Positions 12,301 to 26,046 of a DNA stretch of 64,000 nucleotides are shown here, in pieces; position 1 is the stretch's first letter; every line of letters starts with the position of its first letter. Under the pieces are notes generated by a model. It was not told the DNA's origin and did not search any database. It was given only the letters and a program-made list of their open reading frames with translations. This stretch comes from Ylistrum balloti (lineage: Eukaryota): positions 930,001 through 994,000 of the forward strand of contig NW_026782195.1 of the NCBI RefSeq assembly GCF_031769215.1, written 5' to 3'. The position numbers and the translations under genes were made by a program.

Positions 12301-14262
12301 GAAATGCAGTTGTAATGGAGAACGGTGTTGAGAACATCAATATATGTATACATATGAACGATCTGTTTTTACTAGGGCTATGTCAGTGATTTTCTATAAT
12401 CAATCTCAACTACCAGGCCTATTAAAGGGAAATAATTCCTATATTCACAATTATATTTTTATTTCATTACGACCTCAGTAGGCATCTGAATTCATGTTGT
12501 ACGTACTATGAATTACCATCTGAACTCATCAAAAGAGAACTTGTTTAATATCACTGAAATGTCGAATTTACATAGTTTGATAGTTTTTCTATCCTGTAAT
12601 TCAAAGAGTAAATGATAAATCCATATTCTATTTCTGAGACAGTAAACAGCTTTCACTAACATGTCTTTGATCAATTAGTCCTGTTATTCATTTTTTCACG
12701 ACAGTTTATATCAATTTCCAATCACATTATTTATCAACTTCTAACATTTTGCAAGTTACGATCATTCGCTCGCATCAAAAGTTATGATAAGCACATCTTA
12801 GCAACTCCAGTGTTTACAATCACTTTCGGAAGGCTATCTTGCACCCCTTAACATGCCAACTCTTTAATACTCAGTATGTTTGTTTTATTTGATGTTAACA
12901 TTCATCATAGGACTGTAGTTTGGATAATCTGGGAGTTTTAATATTTTTCCGTAATTTTTTTTATATCGCGTTTCAATTATTACAATAAATAGTGACATGT
13001 CCACGAAACACACAGTTTTTTTTATTAAACTGTTATAGCAAACCACTGTTTTTTTAACGTGTTCTGATGACGTTGATATCCATACCTTTTACTTGTGGAC
13101 TTTCGGCAAACAGTTCCGTGGAAAAACTTCTCTATCACACATTCCTTGCCAAAGTGATAACACACAAACTGGTAATAATTATGTATGAAACGACTACACT
13201 TTTAGAAAATAAACACTGCACAATTTTTCTGAATACCTTCATTGGTTTTACGGTTCGGTGATCGTTTTATTGTCCGATGAGTGTCAACATCAGAAAATTC
13301 ATAAGTTGCTTTAAAATAATGAAAGGAAACAATTAATATCAAAAGCAATTCAACCGTGACCTGTTGGATACGGGTCTATTAAAGTCCCACACAATATGGT
13401 TCTGTTTTGTCCAATTTTTCTAGGAAAGGACGGAATCTTACATGGTAATACAAGTGACCTATAGAGAGAATAATTAATAGTATGCTTTGCTGTTACGCGT
13501 GTATACTTAAGATGACCCGTACTGGTCTGTGCTGACATGGTTGTAAATATAAACAAGATTTTTTTTCATGATGTCGTTTATTGTTTCGATTTCTTAACAG
13601 GTATATCATAAGTGTGGATTATATTGTTAGTAAATGTTATCAGAAATTACCGTTAATTTATTCGAATAAAACCGATCTCCCTCTAATTCACCAATGCAGA
13701 TTTTTTTTTACCGTATAAAGTCATGCTACTGACGAAATGAAGAAATTATTTGGAACAAAGTAAATACAGTATGTGGTTTTGGATGATTAATTTATCATAG
13801 TGCGTGTATCAGATAGTTGTTTTATATTGTCAACATCCTGAGACTTTGCGACACGTCATGGTGTCGAAGACTTCCGTTCATTTATTTTTTAAATGTTTGA
13901 TTGCCTGTTGCAATTCAATGCGTATAAAAAACAAAACAATATATGTACAAAAAAAGACAATTTATTTTTTAATTAGATTAGTAATTACTATAGAACAATT
14001 AATCATAATTAAATTGACAATGATTCATGAACACATGAGAGCTGAACAAAATGCAATTGTTCAAACCTTTAATTGAAATTCACATTGAAAATCTATTGTA
14101 GAAAAGTGCTCAAAAAGGTTAAGTATCTAATTCATAAGAGGTACATTGCTACACAATATATCTATGCTTAGGATATGTGAGTTCTCTCATTGAATTATTT
14201 ACTGGTTTAATTATTATTCATATTCAGTAGAAAAGAAAAGAATTCTAGGCTTCAATGGTTTA

Positions 14263-14317
14263 CAAGTGTAACCCTGGACCTCTGCTTTAATAGTCTGACG
14301 CTTAACCGATCGAGCTA
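14263..14317 (-). mobile_element. tRNA-like fragment, possible SINE head
   Basis: Minus strand tagctcgatcggttaagcgtcagactattaaagcagaggtccagggttacac has an A-box-like start, an anticodon-arm-like segment and a degenerate B box. No complete cloverleaf. Confidence 0.35.
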
Positions 14318-14605
14318 AATAGAAGTTCTCTCGTGTCGAGAGGTATATTGAGGTAAGTTTTTTTCACCAGGGTTACTAAAAAAATTAACACTTTCTATCG
14401 TACGGTAAGAATTTATTAAGCAGAAATGCATATAGTCTTATCTGTATCATTTATTGTACATAATTATATTTTGTATTCTTCTCTGAAAATAAATAGACTC
14501 TACGTAAACCAGAGCTTTATCCTGAAAAAGTAAATGTTAAATGTTCCGTATCACAACACACACAAAAAAGGAACACAGCCATAGAAATAGAAAGCGTCCC
14601 GCATT

Positions 14606-16476
14606 CTAAGTGGCCACAGGTTGATTAGAGAACCCTACGGGACAGTGGTCTTCAAAATGTTTATATTCGTCGTAGCCACTTATGACAACGGTTGCTGGGA
14701 ATGATCTAGGTCTGTTAGGATCTTTGATTGGCTTGGCATCCGTGGAAACATATCTGATGACGTAACCACATCGCCTGCGATTGGATCTGTTTGGGTCACT
14801 TCCGTGTACAAGGAGGCCGGAATGAAGTGACATTTGTCCAGCTTTGACTGGACACGGCGTAGACTTCGTGACATCAAAAAGGTGCGTCGGTATGGACTGG
14901 TTGGATGTCAACATGTTGCCTTTCTCCTCGGCAACCTTGTGCTCAAGTATCCCCAAAGTGTGTGTACCTGACAGTTACAAAATAGGAAGTTAGGGCAAAG
15001 ACGGCTAATAATTCTAAGTGATACTTAATAGTTTAAATGAACCAAATATTGAAAGGAATAAAATAACCTACCCGGTATGACGCACATGCATCCATTCTCC
15101 TGGTCAGCGTCATCCACCGCTAGCCATGCGGTTACAACTTCACCCTCCACGCCCCAGTACCTGAGAATACAAATGTCTTCATATTGGAAATTTTGGGCGT
15201 TGTCGGTGAAACATTTCTGAACGAGCCTAACAAAGCATGGGCTGTTTTCAAATGCTTTTGCCGTGAAAAATTATGTCATATATTTAGATTGATGAAGTAT
15301 AGAGATTTAAGGGAAATGCATACCTGATGTCCTGATGCCACGCCACGTATGGCTTAGTCCCGTGGGGCTGGAGCACTTCTGATTCTGGATATTTACAGAT
15401 GAATCGCGAGTCGAGAAGGATGATGTTGTGACCAAGGATCTGCCGGACTGAGTGCAGCAATTTAGGATGTGAGGCAATGTCCATTACCCAAGGGTGATTC
15501 AGATGGACATTATGGAGAGAGTACTGGGCATCATCTTTACCTGTAGAGTAAGAATACATGAGCCAGTCTGATCTCAGAGTTTCCAATCAGCGACAGAACG
15601 CGAAATAAGGTAAGTAGTTTCACCACTTAGTAAAAAACAAATAATGCTAATAGACCCGAATACTCAGTGTCGACAGGGTACTTAACAATGCAAATAACAA
15701 ATAACAGTACACAATGATAATAACAATAATAGCGACAGGATACGAAACTACCCCAACAGGATCATCACTGATTATAAGACACAACGTCAATAGAATCACC
15801 ACACAGTTAAAAAAAATACGAAACGACGTCAATAGAATTACCACTGATTAATAACATAATAAGACACAACGTCAATAGAATCACCACACAGTACAAAAAA
15901 ATACGAAACGACGTCAATAGAATTACCACTGATTAATAACATATTAAGACACAACGTCGATAGAATCACCACACAGTTAAAAAAAATACGAAACGACGTC
16001 AATAGAATTACCACTGATTAATAACATATTAAGACACAACGTCGATAGAATCACCACACAGTTAAAAAAATACGAAACGACGTCAATAGAATTACCACTG
16101 ATTAATAACATAACAAGACACAAGTACAAAAGAAAAAAAAATACGAAACGACGCCAATATAATCACCACCTAGCACCAGCAGAATACAAAACGACGTCAC
16201 TAAGAGTAGTGACTAATAACTTGTTGGTAAATGATTATTATTTCCGGAGCTAATAAATTCGTATAATGAAAATCTAAACATCAACAATTTGCTTAAAAAG
16301 GTAGAAAGATTGATTGTGAAAGAGATGTTTTAAGTTATTAGAAACTATCCACCATTACCTGTGTTTTCTTCGAGTTGTCCAAAGTGTGTCTGTAAATTGG
16401 CGACTTCTTCCGCTGATAAAACTGCGATTCCAGAAAAGTAACCGTTTTTGTTATAAAAGTCAGCTACGTGCGCCAT
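14606..16476 (-). CDS. PhyH / phytanoyl-CoA dioxygenase-family Fe(II)/2-oxoglutarate dioxygenase, 261 aa, 4 exons
   Basis: Exons 16359-16476, 15324-15540, 15072-15160 and 14606-14967 join in frame through GT-AG introns (786 nt). Motifs: FYNKNGYF, HPKLL..VRQILG, CKYP, AWHQD (HxD), VTAWLAVDD..ENGCMCVIPGTH, AGQMSLHSGLLVHGS..NRS.RRRCG..RY. Confidence 0.93.
15776..16170. repeat. 85-bp tandem repeat, about 4.5 copies, dimeric unit, in intron 1 of the dioxygenase
   Basis: aagacacaac recurs at 15776, 15861, 15946, 16031 and about 16115; each unit has two cgtcaatagaat(c/t)accac sub-units. Confidence 0.9.
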
Positions 16477-16556
16477 TCTGCTCGAAATCAGTACTATCTT
16501 AATTCAAGGCTATGAAGTCGATGTTTGATTAATTCAACTCTTCCAAATTTCTTCAG

Positions 16557-16612
16557 TATTTATAAAAAAGTAGAGTCACATGACTGTATGTAAATGAATG
16601 GTGGGCGGAGTT
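16557..16612 (-). promoter_or_regulatory. Core promoter of the dioxygenase: TATA, M-box/CLEAR-type E-box, GC box
   Basis: On the minus strand, TATAAATA at 16557-16564 and GTCATGTGAC at 16575-16584; gggcggagt near 16604; ATG at 16476. Confidence 0.55.
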
Positions 16613-19600
16613 AGGACATAGAATTAGAATAGGGAAGATAGGAAAAGGAAAACCGACAAGGAAGTCGGTATTGCTGTATACATGCACTCTGAATATTTAT
16701 CTACGCATTATAATACATGTGATATCTATCCGTTGATAAAAATCCGCTTCTCTAGTGTCAAACATAGGAGTGGTTAAAGAAAGGGGAATGGAGTCGGAAG
16801 CAGGTAGTTGGGGAGGGGGTTAGTGTAATGAAAAAGTGTGGTGGATGTAGGAATTTGGGGAGGTAGTATCAAACACAGGCGTGGTTGGGGGAGGGGGAGG
16901 AGTTGCAGGGAGTTGAGGGGAGTAGGGGAGGGGTTGAGGGTTAGTGCCATGAACAGGTGTGGTGGGGTTTGGCAGGGTTAGGAGGGATTGTATCAGACAG
17001 AATCGTGGTGTGGTAGGGAAGGGTTAAAAGGATAGTATTAGACACAGGCAAGGTTGGTGGAGGGTAGGGTTGGGAAGATATTTACAGACACAGGCGCAGG
17101 GTTGGGGCGGGGGTAGAGGAGGATGTATTAGACACACATATGGCGGGAGATGAGGAAGGGGACAGGAGAGATAGAATCGAACACAACGTGATGTTTAGAT
17201 CAAATATTCACCGTTATTCAACATTTTATTCTCTGTAAACTAATTTTGTGAAATATTGTAAGTTGAAGATGTATACACGTTATATGTCACGTTTTCAAAT
17301 ATAGATAGATAATATGAGAAGTACTTTCGCGTCAATTATAACGAATGTTTTTTCTATTTGATCAAGAAAATGACTGCTTTCTAGTATCAATATCTCTAGA
17401 AAGCCTGGTATATTTCTCCTTCCACGCTGCATCTTATTTACATAAGCATGCATTTTAAAGGGCTGTCAAATTCGCGTGTGGCGATCAAACCGACTCTTAT
17501 CTCTGAAAATGTGCATAGGAAAGGTTTAACTCTCAAAGTCAATACACAGATCAAATACCGTATCTCGGGTGACATCGAAACCATGTGCCCTTCCACACGA
17601 AATCAAAAGATCAGGTGATATGTTTGTCAAAATGTTTTACATACCTATGGTGTTTTAGGCTAAACGTAGTCAGTACGCATAGCCTATTGCGACGGCCTTT
17701 CAGACAAAATTTACCGATCCTGGCCTTCTCATTGGCTGAAATATCGAAAAGAGTTAGAGCCCACTAGCGGCAATTTTTTGCGTTAATAATGCCGCGATCT
17801 TTCAAATCGCTATTTTAAAAGCATCCAAAATTAGTTTATTTTTTAAATAACAATACGATTACTATATATTTCAAAAAATAACCACAGTCTGGTTGAACTA
17901 TTGATGATTTTTTAACAATATATTTTACGGAATTCTCGACATGACGTAAGTGTACAGAACACTGTACGTGCGAGTTGATAAGAAGCTAGTCTGGGGGCTT
18001 AGTTTGAATTATCAACCAACAACACTTATAAACAAACAAAACTTACAAACAGAACATCAATTTTGTTTTAATCCTTGTCGTTGTGGCAAGATCGTCTTAA
18101 TATACAACATCACTTTACCTCATTAGACGTCATTACCTCATTGGACTGACCGTCCCACGCGCACACCCGCCGATATGACACTTTTTCAGGTTATTCACAT
18201 CCACCGCCATGACACTTTTTCATGTTTTTGAAGATAAAAAGTTTGCGCTTCGTAGGCAAGGTACATTTGGTGCTCATGATTTATGAATGATATATTTTTG
18301 ATACAGTGCTGATCATGATGTTGACTTTGTTATAACTTATATTTTTTGTATTTTAGTTTTATTTGATGAAGGTTGTTTGTGCTGATTTCTCAAGGTTTGT
18401 TAATGTGTATCAAAGTTCCTTGAAATGAAAATATTCCTTCAAACAAAGCACGTATCAAAAAACCCCCAAAATATTCATGTTTATAATTATCAATTAACTA
18501 AAACGAAATATATCCTTAACATATTTATTCATTTAGCGTGTCATGGTGACATTATCTAATGCATTGGAGATCAGAAATAGTAGTAACTATAGTGAAAATA
18601 TTGTAAATTTTGTATATATATGGAAGTCTGGTTTAATCTCAAAGAACTATGTCTTTATAGACATAATTACTGGAAGAAAGGTCTAACCATGATACTTCAA
18701 GGAAGATAGGCATGTAAATACATTTAATGTAATTACTTACACTTTTATCTATCTGAAATGCTGTGTACACCTTATTTACTTTCCTCAACTACAAATATAA
18801 TTATAATAAGTAAGGACTATTACTTTGCAATACATTCAAAATAAAGAAGTAGGTATAAAGTGCTTCCGATTTGTCTAAATCCTCATATTGATAGGATAGT
18901 AATTGCAACATCTTGGGTATTTCAAAGGTTCTATTTAGTCAACTTCATCATAGAGCTATTTATCATTTGGCTTGTTGGCGATAAATATATGGTTGTGTGT
19001 ATTTTGTTATTTTTTTTACCTATTTTGATTTGTTCACATTATTGTCGTAAAGTTTGAAATAAGAATTAAAGAAGATATAAAATCGCTTAAAATTAAGAAA
19101 AATAGCCTCTGGTTCTCTTATTTTAGTAATTGTTGCATTCCAAAGTGTAGGAGTATTGGGAAAGTAATATAGCTTAGCGGTTATTTGTGAACATTTTTCA
19201 GAACGTTTAGCCTCTCATTACTTTCAGTACTTTGATTTATAGTAAGGTTCATCAAGCTTCAACACAATTATACTTTATACAGGAACCACCCTGTCTTCCT
19301 CACTTCAGTATCACAATAGGTATAAATTTGTAAGCTAAATTCTAAAATCTGTCATGAATATAGAACGTTCGGAGCACTGGATATGAATTTGAGATTGGGG
19401 ATGGTATTCTAAGGAGCAGATGGGGGTGGGGGGTGGGGGGTGGGGGTAAAACCCTGGCTTGGATATGGTCAGTGGAAGAAAAAAAGGATTGGGAGTTAAG
19501 AGTTTCGTGTAGTCTTAAATATTTTGCATTTAACGCAATAATAAAATACTTATAATCAAATAATTTTTTAGAATAGTTCCGAGCTCGTGTCTGACTAGCT

Positions 19601-21171
19601 CAGATCTTGTACAGTTTTAAGTTCGTCATTCCGTCAGATAAACTTCCCTTGATTTGATCAAATATTCTTCTTTTCTTGGAGTGTGAACAGATATTTCCAA
19701 CATATGGATCTTGATATTTAACTAACCTGATTTCAATATATTTCGAGTTCGGTACTTAACAATATGTACATCATATTATATCTATGTTGATATCGAGGCG
19801 TGTGTTTGTAAAGGTCGTTTTTGGTTGGTTGTGGTTGGTTGGTTGGTTGGTTGGTGACAGGTTTTTAATCTTCGCGACTCCTCCCATGACGTCACGTCAT
19901 ATGTTGACGTCGATGTTCACAAAATGTACAAATGGGAATATTCAGTAGTCTTTTTTTTTGGAATCCTACTATATTTGGAATCTATTTAACTTTAACATAT
20001 GTGTTGTTAATATTTTTGACGTTTTTGATACATATGTTACCAGTGTAGGCATTTTAGATACAGGTCGTTCTGCAAAATAGGAATACATAGATAAGTGACT
20101 CTTTTCACGTAGTATGAATTAATAGTAGCTTTTTGTGGGACGAGCTTCATAAAATCGGATAAATGAAAACAAAGTTACTGTTTATCACATGACTCAGAAA
20201 TTTAACATTTTGACATTTTTTAAATTACAAATATGACGACAAAAATCTCTATCCAGATTTTCCGTTCTTTTCACTTTTGTTGGCTAGGTCCATGGGTAGC
20301 TCTAGCAATCAAAAAAGAATTAAAACATATGAACAAATGAAAATTGACATTATTTTCTAGAAGATAAGTAAACCTGTTTCAATGTATGCGGTTATCTGCG
20401 GTGAAGGCTGTTAATTTTCTCAGTTTTTGTGCATGTTTTATTCTGAATAAATGTTGATTTTTTTATTGCTATAGATTCGTCCCAGCTTTATCAGGTGTTC
20501 TTCATTCAGTTGTAATTTAAATATTACAAGGACATGACCGAATGGTCAGTGGAACCATTTAAGAAATGTAATGTCTCACCATCATTACTAAGTCAGTTGT
20601 ATATTTTTTTCTTTTAAGAAGTGGAATTCCTTATTCAAGATGTTTTTTGGGCGAGAACACTAAAATAGAGAAGTATATAAAATGAAAGTTAATGAAGAAA
20701 TGGGGAAACGACATCTAGGGCACGCAACATAGTGATTTCGAAAAAAAAAATGTCACTACTTTGTCAGAAGACTGACCACATCTCTCAAAGCCCCAATTTC
20801 AATTCCGTTTTCAAAATGTCATCCAAGCAGCATGAACAACCCTGACAATAGTTCAGAAAGGGATGAGATTGTAAATATATAGTTTGTAAAGGACGTGATT
20901 ATTTTTTAATGTATAAACTTAATCTTAACTAGTGAAATACCTGAATTAGTGTATTGATATGTGAAACAGATTACCTCCCTTGACACACAGTAAACGTAAA
21001 AGCGACAGCAGTAGTGTCATAAGTGTTATTGGTTTTTCCACACGTATATACACACAGCAATTCCCAGTCAATTCGGATTCTCGGAACAGACTCACGTTTC
21101 GTATAATCAGCATCTGATTAATTTTAAGGGATGGTTAGATAAATATAGTATCAGTAGTAGTTCTCGATTCA

Positions 21172-21385
21172 TACAATAAAGTCTGTTAAAGTGAAAGTAA
21201 GAGAAATCTTAATGATAATTAACACAACAAAGCCTAATAAAGTGAATGTAAAAGAAATTTTAGTGATAACACAATTAAGTCTGATGAAGTGAAAGTAAGA
21301 GAAATTTTCGTGATGATTAACACAATGAAGTCTGTTAAAGTGAAAGTAAGATAACACAACACAGTTTGATGAAGGTAAAGTAAAT
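21172..21385 (+). repeat. Degenerate ~50-bp tandem repeat (4-5 copies) carrying IRF-E motifs
   Basis: Unit like acacaataaagtctgttAAAGTGAAAGTaagagaaatcttaatgataatta; motif at 21188-21198, 21286-21296 (GAAGTGAAAGT) and 21337-21347. Confidence 0.75.
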
Positions 21386-23551
21386 TACTGGTAAGAACTT
21401 CTTTTTTTTTTTTAATAAACACAATAAATTCAATCATTATCACATTTTAACATAAGCAATAGATAAATTAAGTTTGATAACCAATAGAATAAGTAAAGTA
21501 AGTATAACATTAATTATGATTAATACAACACTATTGATTAAGAGCAAGTAGGCTATGTTAGACGAGATTAACAAGTCTGAACAAGAGGTTAATGGTGTCT
21601 TAGGCCTGTAGATCTCTAGAAACTTGTCTACTTCTCGATCAGTAATCACAATAAAAGAATTAAGCTTTATTTTGAAGAAATTAACGGTTATACAAAAGAC
21701 ACACAAGTGAATAGCACCTTATCATAATTTGTAAACAGTCACTACAGTTTTTATACAGAACATTGTGTTTACTTCCAAAACTTCCTGTTTGTCAAGTCAC
21801 TGAGAAAAAAACAACAGCTAAAACAGGAAACTTTGAAGTAAGCACAATTTCAGTTTATGTAATGCAATAAAAAAAAAGAAAATAAAAAGATACATGTACA
21901 TATCAAAGGGACATTTCACAGACATCTGCCCTTTAACAATTCTCGTTACAAATAGCTGTGGTGACCGTGAGAAAACTACAATCACGATGTGTCTAGATTA
22001 TTATCGGTTGACTTGTTGATATGCTAGAGGAGCGAAAATTTTAACACTTTGTTTTGTCAGGATTTGACATAAACAATTAAGAGTTAACTTTAAATGCCGA
22101 CAATGAGATTAAAATCAAATAGTCCAAGTAGATATGTACCAATGTTGACCTACTTACCACAGACAAGTTTTTATCGATATTTTAATTTTCAATGTGACCA
22201 AACCCATCTCTAGAGGCCGCACTGATAGGTACAAATACATGGTTTATAGTAAAAGTAAACATCAATGCACAAAACCAAATAGCTGTAGAGGTTGTAAGTG
22301 ACCCAGTATAACACATATTACAGATTTCAAGCCTCAATTACAATAATCATAATCTGTTGTAGTCTCACATTTAAAATACTGCCAAAAGAAGACTCAAAAT
22401 GGCGCTTGAATCATTCGAGCGTTTGAAGGTTGCATTTTCAAATTTGCAAAACAGCTTCCAGTTAGAAATATCCGGACCAGCAGATATCTTTATATTTCAA
22501 ATGATTTTTTTATGTAGTCGGCTCGATTTTTCGCGTTACGCCAAATTAGCTATATATCTATTTTGGCCTGACACCAGTTGACGTGTTGATAAGCTATGTG
22601 CAGGCTCTATTGTAAGCGAATAATTAAAAGCTCTTTAATGTTATCTTGTTTTGTCGTGAAAATACATGAATCTATCTAAAGCTACCACTGCGCAGTTTGC
22701 AGAAAGGATGACTCACCTCTCAGCAAAATATGTATGTTACATAGTGACAGTGAATTCATTTGTAATCACCGAATCTTATCAGTGTCCGATTCATCGTAGT
22801 GTGTGTTGTGCTCACAACTTTACCTGTAGTTTAAGGACTCTGAAATGACAGAGATTTCAACATCTCAAGTAGAATAACGCAGAATGGTCGAGCGAAGATA
22901 GGCTAGGTTTAACGATCGGATTAATATGGCATTATAACATTTGTATGGTAAAGCGAAAGTAGGCTCCTTTTCATAATACGATTCATTAAACAATATGAGA
23001 AAGTGAACAGATCCGTTTTTGATAATAACATCAAAACAATATGACAAAGTACAGTAAGCTGTGTTTCTTGATAACATATTAATAAACAGTATGTTAATGT
23101 GAGATGGATTGTGTTTCATTTCATTTCAGAATATTTTATTGTCCAAAGTTCTAGATAGACAAGTGGAATTAGGCAACAGGTGAAACCTATAAAAGCCCTC
23201 TCTATAAAGATAAAAACAAATATACTGACTCATGTTTAAGGAAAGGTATGGAAATTACATGAATCAAATAACACATGATAGACGTTTTCAAAACCATGCA
23301 AAAAGGGAAAGGAAGCACTGCCATCAGTTATTATATTACGTCTTTGAAAGATGATAATACCATTAATGCAGCTGTCCCGAGGTTAGGTCCAGCTCAGTTG
23401 AAGGATGAAGACGGACACAGACGCTAACTGTCCATATATACACAATTCTGTGTCTGATAAACAGGGATGGAGAGTGGATCCAAACCCGGGACAAGGTTTA
23501 TAGTAAGATGAAATAAGACAAGGAGACCGGTATCAGTGATGAATCTCTGAA

Positions 23552-23790
23552 TCAGACTGAAGGTAGATTTGTTGGTATTGACATCACGTGTATGTGAACC
23601 ATTAAGAAATATTTGGGTATTATGTGGTATAAACCGCTTAGTTTAGAAAGGATGTTAAGGAGGAGTTGTCTTTGATTGGTGTAGAGAGAACAGTGGAGGA
23701 AATGGTGTGTATAATCCTCAATAGAATGACCACAGCTACAAGCAGGGCTATCAATCTGGTCACAATTATATAAATATGAATTCAAATTAC
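23552..23790 (-). mobile_element. 3' fragment of a CR1/L2-group LINE ORF2
   Basis: NSYLYNCDQIDSPACSCGHSIEDYTHHFLHCSLYTNQRQLL matches the CxC..ED..H...C..Y...R C-terminal zinc-finger-like tail of CR1-type ORF2; it degrades downstream. Confidence 0.75.
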
Positions 23791-24743
23791 TAGAAAATTT
23801 CTAAGTTGACTTATATTAACTGTTTTTGTTTCCATTATATTTCAAAATGTCAGTACATTGATTCCCAGTATCAGTCACTGGAGGTAAAAATGATTTCTTT
23901 ATAGCACATTTTGATGCCAAAGAATCAAACAGACAAGATGGGCTTTTCAATTCAGACATAGTATTTGGAAAGAAACTTGAACAACATTGCTGGGTCCAAG
24001 CTCGAGGGACATCAAAAAGTCTATTATATCAAAGTGGACAATGGTCAGTGTTGTTATAAGTAAAGGGATATATTGAGTCAAATACATGGGGAAGGCATCT
24101 ATTGTTAAAATGATTAAAGAAATGAATATTTTAATGTGTATGTTTTCGTTTTACTGGTAGAATAAGGCCAGATTCATTATATAACCAGCCTGAATAGTGC
24201 TCGGCCTTAAGCCAGTAATTATATGTATCGTCTCTATTTAGATTGACTCTAACATGCTGCATTCTCTCTCTCTTCAATTTACCCATATTATGTCAGCATG
24301 TTCTTAAATAGGACGAACAAATGTACTGTGAATGAACACAGGAGTCTTTCTATCAGTTTTTTTGTTTTAACATTCAAAGAACTTTAAACGCTTTCTCATA
24401 GATATAGTTTATATAGTTAGACCAATAAGCATGCCTGTTAAAAATAAACCAACGTGCTTACATTTTTAATTAAATTGTGAAAGTACAGGTCAGGATGCAG
24501 CACCTAAGAGTCAATCCGTCTATAAAAAAAGTAGTGATTAAGTTTTTTTTCTGGATTGAAAATGATTCCCACCTTTCAGTCTAAACAGAGTTTTTCTAGG
24601 GTCATCTTTAAGTAGGTCAGCCGTATCCTTTCTGTTTTCCTCAATTAGAACTTGTCATGATGTGTCATCAGTATATAACTTAACGATTGTAATTCTTGAC
24701 CAATATCATTTATGTAAAATGAAAATAAAAATTGTCTCACAAT

Positions 24744-26046
24744 CACATAAAACAGTATGATAAAGCGATGTAGACTGTGTTTCATGATAACATAAAACAG
24801 TATGATCAAGTGAAGTAGACTGTGTTTAATGATAACATAAAACAGTATGATCAAGTGAAGTAGACTGTGTTTAATGATAACATAAAACAATATGATCAAG
24901 TGAAGTAGACTGTGTTTAATGATAACATAAAACAGTATGATCAAGTGAAGTAGACTGTGTTTAATGATAACATAAAACAGTATGATCAAGTGAAGTAGAC
25001 TGTGTTTAATGATAACATAAAACAGTATGATAAAGTGATATAGACTGTGTTTCATGATAACATAAAACAGCATGATCAAGTGAAGTAGACTGTGTTTCAT
25101 GATAACATAAAACAGTATGATCAAGTGAAGTAGACTGTGTTTAATGATAACATAAAACAGTATGATAAAGTGATGTAGACTGTGTTTAATGATAACATAA
25201 AACAGTATGATAAAGTGATGTAGACTGTGTTTAATGATAACATAAAACAGTATGATCAAGTGAAGTAGACTGTGTTTAATGATAACATAAAACAGTATGA
25301 TCAAGTGAAGTAGACTGTGTTTAATGATAACATAAAACAGTATGATAAAGTGATGTAGACTGTGTTTAATGATAACATAAAACAGTATGATAAAGTGATG
25401 TAGACTGTGTTTAATGATAACATAAAACAGTATGATCAAGTGAAGTAGACTGTGTTTCATGATAACATAAAACAGTATGATCAAGTGAAGTAGACTGTGT
25501 TTAATGATAACATAAAACAGTATGATCAAGTGATATAGACTGAGTTTCATGATAACATAAAACAGTATGATCAAGTGAAGTAGACTGTGTTTCATGATAA
25601 CATAAAACAGTATGATCAAGTGAAGTAGACTGTGTTTAATGATAACATAAAACAGTATGATCAAGTGAAGTAGACTGTGTTTCATGATAACATAAAACAG
25701 TATGATCAAGTGAAGTAGACTGTGTTTAATGATAACATAAAACAGTATGATCAAGTGAAGTAGACTGTGTTTAATGATAACATAAAACAGTATGATAAAG
25801 TGATATAGACTGTGTTTCATGATAACATAAAACAGTATGATCAAGTGAAGTAGACTGTGTTTAATGATAACATAAAACAGTATGATCAAGTGAAGTAGAC
25901 TGTGTTTAATGATAACATAAAACAGTATGATAAAGTGATGTAGACTGTGTTTAATGATAACATAAAACAGTATGATAAAGTGATGTAGACTGTGTTTAAT
26001 GATAACATAAAACAGTATGATAAAGTGAAATAGGATGTGTTTCATT
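24744..26046. repeat. 45-bp tandem minisatellite, about 29 highly similar copies
   Basis: Unit atgatcaagtgaagtagactgtgtttaatgataacataaaacagt; the 472-aa minus-strand ORF is its 15-aa periodic translation. Confidence 0.97.
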
